A stretch of 64,000 bases of DNA. It comes from Gemmatimonadales bacterium (lineage in GTDB: Bacteria > Gemmatimonadota > Gemmatimonadetes > Gemmatimonadales > GWC2-71-9). Made by a program: the position numbers and the translations under genes. Below the pieces are notes generated by a model. That model made no database searches. It worked only from the letters and a program-made list of their open reading frames with translations, and was not told where the DNA came from. The stretch covers positions 1 to 64,000 of the forward strand of contig JBBQFH010000005.1 in NCBI GenBank assembly GCA_038321865.1, read 5' to 3'. Shown one piece after another: positions 38,653-47,443 of this stretch. Numbering within the stretch: position 1 is the first letter of the stretch; the number at the start of each line of letters is the position of its first letter.

Positions 38653-40349
38653 CATCCAGGCGCGATTTCGTCGAGCGCGCTGCGCTCGCGACGATGGGTC
38701 TCGCACTCCCTGCCCCGCTGGCTCGCCCGCTGATCCGTCCGCCGAACAGGGCGGCCGGCGGCTTTCTCGATCTGGTCCGCCCGCCCGACCGCGTCACGGT
38801 GCAGGGAGGCAGCGGCGACATCGTGCTCGCGAGCGGCCCAGCCACACGCTGGACCGGCGCCGGCGGCATCGTCGTCTCTACCGCCGTTCGATCGGGTGCG
38901 CTGCACATCACCCTTGGCTCACCCTCCGTCGGCATTTACCGTCTTCACCTCCGCTGGCGCGGCCGCATCCCGGGCACACCCGCGATCGCCGGCGACGCGT
39001 GGGAGCGCGGCTACGGCGACCTGGAATGGCGCGGGTGGGTGCCCGACCGTGTCATGCCCTGGTACTTCGCCATGCACGACGGCGCGCTCACCCACGCCTA
39101 CGGCGTGCGCACCAACCCCGCGGCCTTCTGCAGCTGGCAGGTCGACGCCGACGGCATCAGTCTCTGGGCCAATGTCCGGAGCGGCGGCGCGGGCGTCGCG
39201 CTCGGCGACCGGACGCTCGACGTCTGCGACGTCGTCTGCCGGGCCGGCCACGCCGGCGAGTCGGCGTTTGCGGCGCTGCACGCCTTCTGCCGCGTGATGT
39301 GCCCCCAGCCACTGATGCCCTCCGCGCCGGTGTACGGCAGCAACGACTGGTATTCCACCTACGGCGCCAACAGTGCAGAGACGGTGCGTGCCGACGCGGG
39401 GCGCATCGTCGAGCTCTCTCCCGCCGGGCCCAACCGGCCGTTTGCCGTGATCGACGATGGCTGGCAGCCCGGTGGCGGGAAGGATCTGCCCGGCGCCGGC
39501 ATCTGGGATCGCGGCAATGAGAAGTTTCCCGACCTGCCCGGGCTCGCCGCTTCGGTGCACGGGGCGGGGGCACGGCCGGGGATCTGGGTCCGTCCGCTCC
39601 AGGCCGCGGCTGACTCACCGGCTGGCTGGCGGCTCGCGCGCGAGCGCGGCACGCTCGACCCGAGCATTCCCGAAACGCTGCACAAGGTCACCGCCGACAT
39701 CGCCCGGCTCCGTGAGTGGGGCTTCGAGCTGATCAAGCATGACTACACCACCTTCGACATCTTCGGCCGCTGGGGATTCCAGATGGGTTCGGCGATGACG
39801 AAGGACGGGTGGACCTTCGCCGCCGGATCGTCCCGCACGACGGCTGAGGTGATCGACGAGCTGTATCGCACGATCCGGACGGCGGCGGCCGGGAGTCTGG
39901 TGATCGGGTGCAACACGGTGAGTCACCTCTCCGCGGGCCGTTTCGAGATCTGCCGCATCGGCGACGATACCAGCGGCACCGAGTGGGCGCGCACCCGGAA
40001 GATGGGCGTCAACTCGCTCGCCTTCCGCGGTGTGCAGCACGGAGCGTTCTACGCCGCTGATCCGGACTGCGTCGGCGTTACGATGGCGGTGCCGTGGGCG
40101 CTCAACCGCCAGTGGCTCGACCTGGTGGCGCGGAGCGGGACGATGCTGTCGGTCTCCCTCGCCGCCGACGCGCTGGGCGCCGAGCAGCGGCGGGATCTCA
40201 GGGCCGCGCTCGCGCTCGCGGCGGTGCGCCAGCCGCTGGCTGAGCCGCTCGACTGGGAGCGCTCGGCGTATCCGGCGCGCTGGCGGATGCTGGGCCGGGA
40301 GCGGGTGTTCGACTGGGTGGGCCCGGACGGGGCCGGAGCCCCCCAGTGA
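38649..40349 (+). CDS. Tat-exported glycoside hydrolase, GH36/GH27 (clan GH-D)-like
   Basis: Tat signal SRRDFV, GSNDWY, VIDDGWQ, LIKHDYT (KxD nucleophile), CRIGDD and ADPDC. Confidence 0.75.
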   Translation: MTSRRDFVERAALATMGLALPAPLARPLIRPPNRAAGGFLDLVRPPDRVTVQGGSGDIVLASGPATRWTGAGGIVVSTAVRSGALHITLGSPSVGIYRLHLRWRGRIPGTPAIAGDAWERGYGDLEWRGWVPDRVMPWYFAMHDGALTHAYGVRTNPAAFCSWQVDADGISLWANVRSGGAGVALGDRTLDVCDVVCRAGHAGESAFAALHAFCRVMCPQPLMPSAPVYGSNDWYSTYGANSAETVRADAGRIVELSPAGPNRPFAVIDDGWQPGGGKDLPGAGIWDRGNEKFPDLPGLAASVHGAGARPGIWVRPLQAAADSPAGWRLARERGTLDPSIPETLHKVTADIARLREWGFELIKHDYTTFDIFGRWGFQMGSAMTKDGWTFAAGSSRTTAEVIDELYRTIRTAAAGSLVIGCNTVSHLSAGRFEICRIGDDTSGTEWARTRKMGVNSLAFRGVQHGAFYAADPDCVGVTMAVPWALNRQWLDLVARSGTMLSVSLAADALGAEQRRDLRAALALAAVRQPLAEPLDWERSAYPARWRMLGRERVFDWVGPDGAGAPQ

Positions 40350-41188
40350 CACTGTCGTACGCGGCCATGCTCGCGATCGTGACGGCATCCGCCGCGCTGC
40401 CGGCCTGTGCGACGGTGCGCGCCGCGCGCGGCAGTAGTTCAAACGCATCCCCGCTCAGCATCGGCGAAACCTTCACCATCGACTCGCGCGTATTGGGAGA
40501 AGTCAGGCGCATCAACGTCTACCTCCCGCCGGGCCATGCGGATTCGTCCAACGTGCGCCTGCCGGTGCTCTACATGCCGGACGGCGGCATGAAGGAGGAT
40601 TTCCTCCACGTCGCCGGGCTGGTGCAGGTGCTGGTCGGGAACGGCACCATGCGGCCGTTCCTGCTGGTCGGCATCGAGAATACGGCCCGCCGCCGAGATC
40701 TCACGGGGCCCACCGATAACCCCGACGACCGGAAGATCGCGCCGGTGGTCGGCGGATCGGAGGCGTTTCGGCGCTTCATCCGCTCCGAGCTGATGCCCGC
40801 GGTGCGCGCGCGCTACCGCACGACTGGCGAAACGGCCATCGTCGGCGAATCACTGGCCGGGCTGTTCGTGGTCGAGACGTTCTTCCGTGACCCGACGCTG
40901 TTCAACACCTACATCGCCTTCGACCCGAGTCTCTGGTGGAACAACGGCGAGCTGGTCGATCACGCTGCGGAGCGGCTCGGTGCCGCCGGGGGGCGCTCGC
41001 TCTACCTCGCGAGCAGCAGCCAGCCTGATATCGCGCTGCTCACGCTACGGCTGGCGGAGGTGCTCGCGGCTCACCCGCCGCGCGACGGGTGGTGGCACTA
41101 CGAGCCGATGCCGGAAGAGACCCACGGCACCATCTATCACCCGGCGGCGCTGCGGGCGTTTCGCCTGGCGTTCGGGCCCGGTCGGTGA
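40346..41188 (+). CDS. Alpha/beta hydrolase esterase (IroE-like)
   Basis: INVYLPP, PVLYMPDGG, RRRDLT, GESLAG, PSLWW and ETHGTI. Confidence 0.88.
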   Translation: MTLSYAAMLAIVTASAALPACATVRAARGSSSNASPLSIGETFTIDSRVLGEVRRINVYLPPGHADSSNVRLPVLYMPDGGMKEDFLHVAGLVQVLVGNGTMRPFLLVGIENTARRRDLTGPTDNPDDRKIAPVVGGSEAFRRFIRSELMPAVRARYRTTGETAIVGESLAGLFVVETFFRDPTLFNTYIAFDPSLWWNNGELVDHAAERLGAAGGRSLYLASSSQPDIALLTLRLAEVLAAHPPRDGWWHYEPMPEETHGTIYHPAALRAFRLAFGPGR

Positions 41189-41216
41189 GCCAACTCCCCC
41201 CTGAGGCGAGAGACTG

Positions 41217-42032
41217 ATGCCAGGTGTACGGAGACAACCGTTGGTATTGCTTTGGCTGCTGTCCGCCTGCACCGGAGCCGCGGAAACGCCGGACCCGCGC
41301 CCGGTGCCGGTTCGGCGAGTCCTCTTCGTCGGCAACAGCCTCACGTATGTGAACGACCTCCCGTCCGTTGTCACCGCCGTGGCGGCCTCGGCCGGGATCC
41401 GGCTTGAGACCGGGACCTCCGCCGGGCCGAACCTCGCGCTGATCGATCACCTCGACGGCCAGACCGATGCACTCGCCAGGCTGGCGACGCAGCACTGGGA
41501 CTGGGTGGTGCTGCAGCAGGGGCCGACCACGATCGGCCTCTGTCGTGACTCACTTCTGCTGTGGGCTCGCGAATTCGGCGCGCGTATTCGGGCGCGGGGC
41601 GGCAAACCGGCGCTGCTCATGACCTGGCCGGCCAAATCGTCTCCCGAGCACTTCGACGACGTGCGGCTGTCGTTCCAGAGCGCCGCGGCGGCGGCGGACG
41701 GCATCTTTCTGCCGGCCGGCGAGGCCTGGCGGCTGGCGCTGGCCGGTGCGGCGGGGGCGCCGCTCTACGCGCGCGACGGATTCCATCCCGCCCCCGCCGG
41801 GACCTATCTCGCCGCACTCGTCGTCGTGGAGCGGCTCACCGGCCGCGACCCGCGCACATTCCCGGTCACGGGAGTCGTGAACGGCGTTCCCGCCAGGCTC
41901 TCACCGGCAACGGTCCGGCTGCTTCAGGAGTCGGCGCACGCCGCCAACGAGCGCTGGCCCGCGGGACGCCCCGGGCCGCTGGCCGCACTCGGCAACACAT
42001 CGCACGCCTCGCCGCCCGGCGGGCGGTGCTGA
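41217..42032 (+). CDS. SGNH hydrolase lipoprotein
   Basis: Lipobox LSAC, LFVGNSLT, WDWVVLQQ and DGFHPAPAGTYLAA. Confidence 0.85.
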   Translation: MPGVRRQPLVLLWLLSACTGAAETPDPRPVPVRRVLFVGNSLTYVNDLPSVVTAVAASAGIRLETGTSAGPNLALIDHLDGQTDALARLATQHWDWVVLQQGPTTIGLCRDSLLLWAREFGARIRARGGKPALLMTWPAKSSPEHFDDVRLSFQSAAAAADGIFLPAGEAWRLALAGAAGAPLYARDGFHPAPAGTYLAALVVVERLTGRDPRTFPVTGVVNGVPARLSPATVRLLQESAHAANERWPAGRPGPLAALGNTSHASPPGGRC

Positions 42033-42070
42033 ACGCACTCCCCACTTCAACTCCAGCGGAGCGAGCACCC

Positions 42071-42526
42071 ATGATCCGGATACTCTGCGCGATGAGTGTG
42101 GCAATCCTGGCCGTGACACCGGTCGGCGCATCCGACAAGACGGACGTGATGGCCACCGTGCATCAGTTCGTGGACAGCTTCAACAAGGGTGACACGAAAA
42201 CCGCCGCGGCCGCCTGCGCCGATCAGACATCCATCATCGACGAGTTTCCGCCCCATGAGTGGCACGGAAGCGGGGCGTGCCTCCGGTGGATGGCTGACTA
42301 CGATGCCGACGCCGCAAAAAATGGGATCACCGGGGGAGTCGTCACCCTCGGCACCCCGCGGCACATCGATATCATGGCGGATCGCGCCTACGTCGTCATT
42401 CCCTCGAACTACGCCTTTCAGAGGAAGGGGAAGCCGGTGAAGGAGATCGGCTCGATGTTTACGTTCGCCCTCGCGAAGGGCGCAACCGGCTGGCGCATCA
42501 CCGGCTGGGCGTGGGCCAAGCGGTAA
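42071..42526 (+). CDS. Secreted NTF2/SnoaL-like protein
   Basis: Signal peptide, VHQFVDSFNKGD, IIDEFPPH and GWRITGWAW. Confidence 0.8.
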   Translation: MIRILCAMSVAILAVTPVGASDKTDVMATVHQFVDSFNKGDTKTAAAACADQTSIIDEFPPHEWHGSGACLRWMADYDADAAKNGITGGVVTLGTPRHIDIMADRAYVVIPSNYAFQRKGKPVKEIGSMFTFALAKGATGWRITGWAWAKR

Positions 42527-42557
42527 TGACTGATCTGACATCTTCCGGAGCGATCCC

Positions 42558-43304
42558 ATGCGCAAGCTGATCCTCTCCTGCATCCTGGTCGCCGTTCCCG
42601 CCGCGGCCGTCGCGCAGGTCGCCGGCCATTTTCCACCGGACTCGCTGGTCAACACCAAGGTGATCGCGCACAACACACCGGTCATCCAGGTGGTGGGCAT
42701 GATGCGGAACTTCGCCGGCGGGCTGGGCGTCCGCTGCCCGTACTGCCACGTCGGCGAGGAGGGCCGGCCGCTAGAGACCTTCGATTTCCCCAGCGACCAG
42801 AAGCGCACCAAGCTCGTCGCCCGGCAGATGATGCTGATGGTCCAGGAGATCAACCGTCGGGTGGACACCCTGCCCGGCCGCACGAATCCCGGACTCCAGG
42901 TCACCTGCGCGACGTGCCACCACGGCGCCAGCCGCCCGGTGCCGCTCGGCATGCTCATCGCCGATGCCGCGACGGCCGGTGGTGCCGATTCCGCCGTCAG
43001 GACCTACCGCGCGCTACGCGAGCGGTATTACGGTCGCGACACCTACGACTTCAGTGAGAACTCGCTCAACACCGCCGCCTTCCGCCTGGCGCGCGCGAAC
43101 AAGTACGACGAGGCGTTCGCGCTCCTTCGGCTGAACGAGGAGTTCTATCCCACGTCGTCCGGCATGTACGTCTTCCGCGGCAATATCGAGCTCCTCAAGG
43201 GCGACACCACCGCCGCGGCGAAGGCGTTCGGTGAGGCGGTGCTGCGCGACCCGAAGAACCAGGAGGCGCAGGGGCGGCTGCGGGACATCGGCCGGAAGCC
43301 ATAA
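42558..43304 (+). CDS. Periplasmic diheme c-type cytochrome (reaction-centre cytochrome-like half) with C-terminal TPR
   Basis: Signal peptide, MRNFAGGLGVRCPYCH, ARQMMLMVQEIN, VTCATCHHG and a TPR-like tail. Confidence 0.85.
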   Translation: MRKLILSCILVAVPAAAVAQVAGHFPPDSLVNTKVIAHNTPVIQVVGMMRNFAGGLGVRCPYCHVGEEGRPLETFDFPSDQKRTKLVARQMMLMVQEINRRVDTLPGRTNPGLQVTCATCHHGASRPVPLGMLIADAATAGGADSAVRTYRALRERYYGRDTYDFSENSLNTAAFRLARANKYDEAFALLRLNEEFYPTSSGMYVFRGNIELLKGDTTAAAKAFGEAVLRDPKNQEAQGRLRDIGRKP

Positions 43305-43324
43305 TTAGCCAGCCGAACTTGGCG

Positions 43325-43368
43325 ATATGTCTGCTATGCTTGACATATTGCCTGCTGAAGAGTACATT
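43325..43368 (+). promoter_or_regulatory. sigma70 promoter with palindromic operator
   Basis: TTGACA (43340-43345)-17 bp-TACATT (43363-43368). Inverted repeat ATATGTC...GACATAT (43325-43348) overlaps the -35. Confidence 0.75.
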
Positions 43369-43395
43369 GCTTCTGCACCCCAATAAGGCGGGCGA

Positions 43396-43614
43396 GTGGA
43401 CACACCCCGGTTACGAAACCGACTTCGCGTGGCGCGCGCCGAGCTGAGGATCTCGCAGGAGCAGGCCGCCGTCCTCGCCGGGGTCACCCGGCAGACGATC
43501 AGTTCGATCGAGACCGAGCAGTACACCCCATCGGCTCTGCTGGCATTCGTCCTGGCGCACCGATTGGGGAAGCCGGTCGGCGAACTCTTCTTCCTGGAAG
43601 GAACCGCATCATGA
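43396..43614 (+). CDS. XRE/Cro family HTH transcriptional regulator
   Basis: LRNRLRVARAELRISQEQAAVLAGVTRQTISSIETEQYTPS...VGELF. Confidence 0.92.
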   Translation: MDTPRLRNRLRVARAELRISQEQAAVLAGVTRQTISSIETEQYTPSALLAFVLAHRLGKPVGELFFLEGTAS

Positions 43615-43904
43615 CATCCGCAGCCGTGGAGCGCGACGAACGGACCGTCGCCCTGGAGAACTCGGGCTACCGCTGGTCCTACCTGGTGCTGTCGTTCGGT
43701 CTGCTGCTGAGCGTCGCGTACCGGAGCTTCGCACGCGGTGAGACATCGTGGGACCTGTTCGCGTTGGTGCTGGTGGGAGGCGCCGTGAACGCGGTGTACC
43801 AGGCCACGCACCACGTGCTGTACCGGCGCTGGGCGGTGTTGTCCACGCTGGCGATACTGGTCGGAGCGGCACTGGCCGCGATGCTCGTCGTGTTTCGGCA
43901 CTAG
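43611..43904 (+). CDS. Small membrane protein (DUF2178-like partner of XRE regulator)
   Basis: RDERT motif, three TM segments, ATGA overlap with the regulator. Confidence 0.7.
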   Translation: MTSAAVERDERTVALENSGYRWSYLVLSFGLLLSVAYRSFARGETSWDLFALVLVGGAVNAVYQATHHVLYRRWAVLSTLAILVGAALAAMLVVFRH

Positions 43905-43939
43905 GGCCAGGCCATCATCGCTCTTCGCGAAACGCTGCG

Positions 43940-44743
43940 ATGATCATCGGACTGGCGTCGCCGGGCGTGGCGGCCAGTCTGGAGGACGGCCTCGGGCGTA
44001 TCGACCGGCTTCTGGCGGATGCATCGGGCCGGGGCGCCGAGATCGTGTGCTTCCCCGAGGCGTACCTCCCGGGACTGAGGGGTCAGGACTTCGACGTGCC
44101 GCCGTTCGGCGAGGCGCAGCAGGAGGAGACGCTCCAGGCCGTCGGCGACCTGGTTCGACGGCACGGAGTCACCACGATTCTCGGCATGGAACGCGTGACG
44201 CCGGCCGGCCGCCAGATCGCCGCCTTCGTCATCGATCATCGCGGCCGGCTGCAGGGCTTTCAGACCAAGAACCAGCTCGATCCCACCGAAGACCGCCATT
44301 ACATCCCTGGACACACTCGCCGGCTCTTCGAGGCCGGCGGCGTGAAATTCGGCATCGTGATCTGCCACGAGGGGTGGCGATATCCGGAGACGGTCCGCTG
44401 GGCGGCGGTTCGTGGCGCCAGGATCGTCTTCCACCCGCACCATGCGGGAAGCGACCGAACCGGGGCGCGCCCCCAAAGCTGGGGCGCCGCGGGCGGTGCC
44501 TACTACGAGAAGGCGATGATGCTCCGGAGCATCGAGAACACCATCTATTTCGCCAGCGTCAACTACGCGCTGCGGTTTCCGGAATCGGCCACCAGTCTGA
44601 TCGAGCCGTCGGGCCAATGTGAGGCGTATCTGCCGTACGGAGAGGAAGGGGTACTGGTGCGGGAGATCGATCCCGCCCGGGCGACCGGACTACTGGCCGG
44701 CCGGTACGCGCCCGACCGCTATCAGGACGAGAGCGTCGAATAG
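43940..44743 (+). CDS. Carbon-nitrogen hydrolase (nitrilase superfamily)
   Basis: Catalytic triad motifs CFPE, QTK and ICHE. Confidence 0.88.
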   Translation: MIIGLASPGVAASLEDGLGRIDRLLADASGRGAEIVCFPEAYLPGLRGQDFDVPPFGEAQQEETLQAVGDLVRRHGVTTILGMERVTPAGRQIAAFVIDHRGRLQGFQTKNQLDPTEDRHYIPGHTRRLFEAGGVKFGIVICHEGWRYPETVRWAAVRGARIVFHPHHAGSDRTGARPQSWGAAGGAYYEKAMMLRSIENTIYFASVNYALRFPESATSLIEPSGQCEAYLPYGEEGVLVREIDPARATGLLAGRYAPDRYQDESVE

Positions 44744-45537
44744 CCGGCGGTCAGCGCCGGCCACTCCGCCGCATCGAACCGCAGGTGTGGGACGACACGG
44801 GCGCCGAGGGCGGCCGCGGCCGGCACCAGTCCGGCGTTGACGGCCGCCCCGCCCACCAGGATCGGTCCGGTGAAGGCGGGCGGGCGGGCGAACGCGTCGA
44901 GCAGGACGCGAAGTGCCGGAGTCTGTGAGGGCATGGAAATCGACAGGCCGACGGCTGTGCACCGCTCCGACAATGCCGCGTCGACGATGGCCTGGGGGCT
45001 GAATCCGTAACCCAGGACCGTGGTGCGCACGCCCATGCTCTCGAATCCCAGGCTCGCGAAGCGAAGCCCGAGCATGTGCATGTTTCCCGGAACCGCGGCG
45101 ATCAGGATCGTCGGTGCGTTCGGCGCCGGCGCGCTCAGCGCCGCCGCCTGAATGTGGCGCTCGATCAGATCGACCAGCGCCTCGCAGGCTTCGGTGAAGC
45201 GATGCTCTTCGCACACCGTCAGCAGGTTCGCTTCCCAGCGCCGGCCCACGGTGACCAGCTGGGGTCCGGCAAAGCCGAACAGCATGTCGAGCGGTCGGAT
45301 GCCCGCCGCAAACCCTTCGACAGCGAGCGCTTCCATCTCGAGTGGCGCGCCCTTGCGCCCCGCAGCCCAGAACCGGCGGTTGAGGTCCGCGAGATACCGC
45401 ATTCGCCGCTCCTGCTCTCCGGTCCACTGCAGGACGGAATCGCCGCAGGCATCGCAGAGCCCGTGCGATACTTCATGGGTCTCGTACGGCGAACTCTCAC
45501 CCTGGAACCGCTGACAGTACGCGCACCATTTGATCAC
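44722..45537 (-). CDS. Cobalamin-binding domain protein (CarH-type W-x9-EH + Rossmann B12 domain) with N-terminal Cys/His zinc-ribbon
   Basis: N-terminus WCAYC...SHGLCDAC, VGRRWEANLLTVCEEH, GNMHMLG, VGLSISM and ILVGGAA. GTG start overlaps the upstream stop (GTGA). Confidence 0.85.
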   Translation of the reverse strand: MIKWCAYCQRFQGESSPYETHEVSHGLCDACGDSVLQWTGEQERRMRYLADLNRRFWAAGRKGAPLEMEALAVEGFAAGIRPLDMLFGFAGPQLVTVGRRWEANLLTVCEEHRFTEACEALVDLIERHIQAAALSAPAPNAPTILIAAVPGNMHMLGLRFASLGFESMGVRTTVLGYGFSPQAIVDAALSERCTAVGLSISMPSQTPALRVLLDAFARPPAFTGPILVGGAAVNAGLVPAAAALGARVVPHLRFDAAEWPALTAGYSTLSS

Positions 45538-46781
45538 GAGACACTCGCCGCTGCGTCCAGCGCGACGGACAGCTCGCGCACCGCCGCCCGCCACTCGTTG
45601 CCGAAACGGGTCTCATCGGTCAGCCACGACTCGATGGCCGCGTAGGCGCCGGGCACGCCGGCCGCCTCGTCGGCATGCGCCGAGGCCAGCAGCGGCACCG
45701 CACCATGGAGGGCGGAAAGGCGTTGGTCGAATCGGGCGTTCAGGTCTTCCACCGCCGCATCGGGCAAGTGAGCCCGCCGGCTTGCGCCCAGCTCCCCCAC
45801 CACGCGCCTGAAGCTGGCGGTCTCCCGGGTGCGCGCCGGCGCCGCGGATTCTATCTCCGTCGCCAGCTCACGCATGTGTGTCTCGAGAATCAGCGTGGGA
45901 ATGCCGCGGCTCGCCAGCACCGTGCGTAGCCACGCGATGCTTCGGGCGATGGATTCATACTGGAGCGGCATGAGGGTAAGCAACCAGCAGCTGTCGCTCG
46001 CGGTGAACCGCCGGCCGCGTTCGCCGAAGCGCCGCTCGAGGTACGGATACCGTTCCCGCGCACGGACCCCCGCACGGATCGCGATGGCGATCTCGGCCGG
46101 ATCGTCCGGCAATGCGTGCCGGCCCGCCTCGGGATTGAGCGCCGTGAGCTGCACGGTGACGTTGGCGGCGGTGAAGGGAAAAAGTGCCAGCACGATGGTC
46201 TGCAGCCCCGCGAAGGCGGCGACCGCGGCCGCCTCGATTCTGCCTCCTTCGGGGTCAGTCAGCCGGATCGCGTCGAGGTCGGTCACGAACCGCGTCCAGG
46301 CCCTGCGGGTCTCCTTGCCGTAGCAGCCGAAGTAGCGAAGGGCGTCCGGCGCCACGTCGAGCGACTTGGCAAAGAGCGACTTCAGCGCGATACCACCGTT
46401 CTGCGAACCCTCGAACACGTACAGATAGCCGAGCAGCTCGATCTCGGGTGACTGCACGAGCTGGTCGGCCATCGCGAGTGCGGCGCGGACGGCGGGATCG
46501 ATCGCCGTAAGGTGCCCTTCGGGCCGCAATGCCAGGTCTTCGATCAGGTGCGGCAGTTTTGCGAGATCGTCCCGCCAGACCCGTCCGACCCGGGGGTCCC
46601 GGGCGGTCGAGAGGCCGCGCTCGAGCACGGCATGGATGATCGCAAGACAGTGGAGATACGATTCGGCCGCGGCGGCGGGCAGCGTCCCCGCCCGCAGCGC
46701 GTCGTAGAAGGGCGTCGCCTCGATGCCGTCATGAGCGTTCGATGTCGCCGCCTGCAGGCGGGCTCTCACGGACATGCACAT
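45534..46781 (-). CDS. Biliverdin-producing heme oxygenase fused to a C-terminal helical (globin/phycobiliprotein-like) domain
   Basis: LQAATSNAHDGIE (proximal His), LGYLYVFEGSQNGG distal helix, RYFGCYG and W..F. An extra ~210 aa contains RYPYLERRFGERGRRFTASDSCWL and WLRTVLASRGIP. Start 46781 or 46775. Confidence 0.85.
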   Translation of the reverse strand: MCMSVRARLQAATSNAHDGIEATPFYDALRAGTLPAAAAESYLHCLAIIHAVLERGLSTARDPRVGRVWRDDLAKLPHLIEDLALRPEGHLTAIDPAVRAALAMADQLVQSPEIELLGYLYVFEGSQNGGIALKSLFAKSLDVAPDALRYFGCYGKETRRAWTRFVTDLDAIRLTDPEGGRIEAAAVAAFAGLQTIVLALFPFTAANVTVQLTALNPEAGRHALPDDPAEIAIAIRAGVRARERYPYLERRFGERGRRFTASDSCWLLTLMPLQYESIARSIAWLRTVLASRGIPTLILETHMRELATEIESAAPARTRETASFRRVVGELGASRRAHLPDAAVEDLNARFDQRLSALHGAVPLLASAHADEAAGVPGAYAAIESWLTDETRFGNEWRAAVRELSVALDAAASVS

Positions 46782-46960
46782 CCTTGATGCCGCCCGGGAC
46801 GGCGGAGATTGCGGGGCTTCGCTACCGGATGGAACATAGCGGGTGGTGGACGCGCTCGCCTTTCACGCAGTGCCAGCCGCGCGATGAACTCCTCATCCCC
46901 GGGCGCATAGCTCCGTGCAATACGAAGGAACTCGCTCCCGCTTCACACGGTCCGGTCGGG

Positions 46961-47443
46961 CTACCGGTTGAGGGCGCCCCGGATGCGGCCAAGATGGTGA
47001 TAGCTGTGGCGGACGGCGTGATCCTCGAGCACGAACTGGCTGGTGAGCGGCGCGTCGAAGTAGAGTGAGACGGGCGCTGCCCGGTCCAGCTCGGCGTCGC
47101 TCAGCGCGCGGATCGCCGCGGCCGCGGCCGCGCTGTTGGTGCGCAGCAGCGCCAGCGCCTCCTCCCTGGTCACGGCGTCGTTGTCCCGCGCGTGCCCCGC
47201 GTTCATCGCATGAACGTCGGCCATCGTCACTCCGGCCACCGGCTTGCCCGCCGCGACGGTCTGGGCCAGCTGGATTTCGAGCGGATACACGCTGGCGACA
47301 TGGTGCACGATGACGCCGATCTTGCGGCCATCGCCTGGTACCGGCGTCCGCCATTCAGCGTCTGTGAGCGTGGCGGCCAGGCTGGCGAGTGCGTGTGCGC
47401 CCTGTTCGAGACAGTCAGCCAGGGCATCGGAACGTTTGCTCAT
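46961..47443 (-). CDS. DinB family protein
   Basis: LTDAEWRTP, IGVIVHHVA and DHAVRHSYHHLGRI; GGAG RBS. Confidence 0.85.
   Translation of the reverse strand: MSKRSDALADCLEQGAHALASLAATLTDAEWRTPVPGDGRKIGVIVHHVASVYPLEIQLAQTVAAGKPVAGVTMADVHAMNAGHARDNDAVTREEALALLRTNSAAAAAAIRALSDAELDRAAPVSLYFDAPLTSQFVLEDHAVRHSYHHLGRIRGALNR

Noticed and set aside
42558..43304. Evidence of phototrophy (pufC)
   Set aside because: Only two hemes, a TPR tail, and no puf, bch or crt genes in the window.
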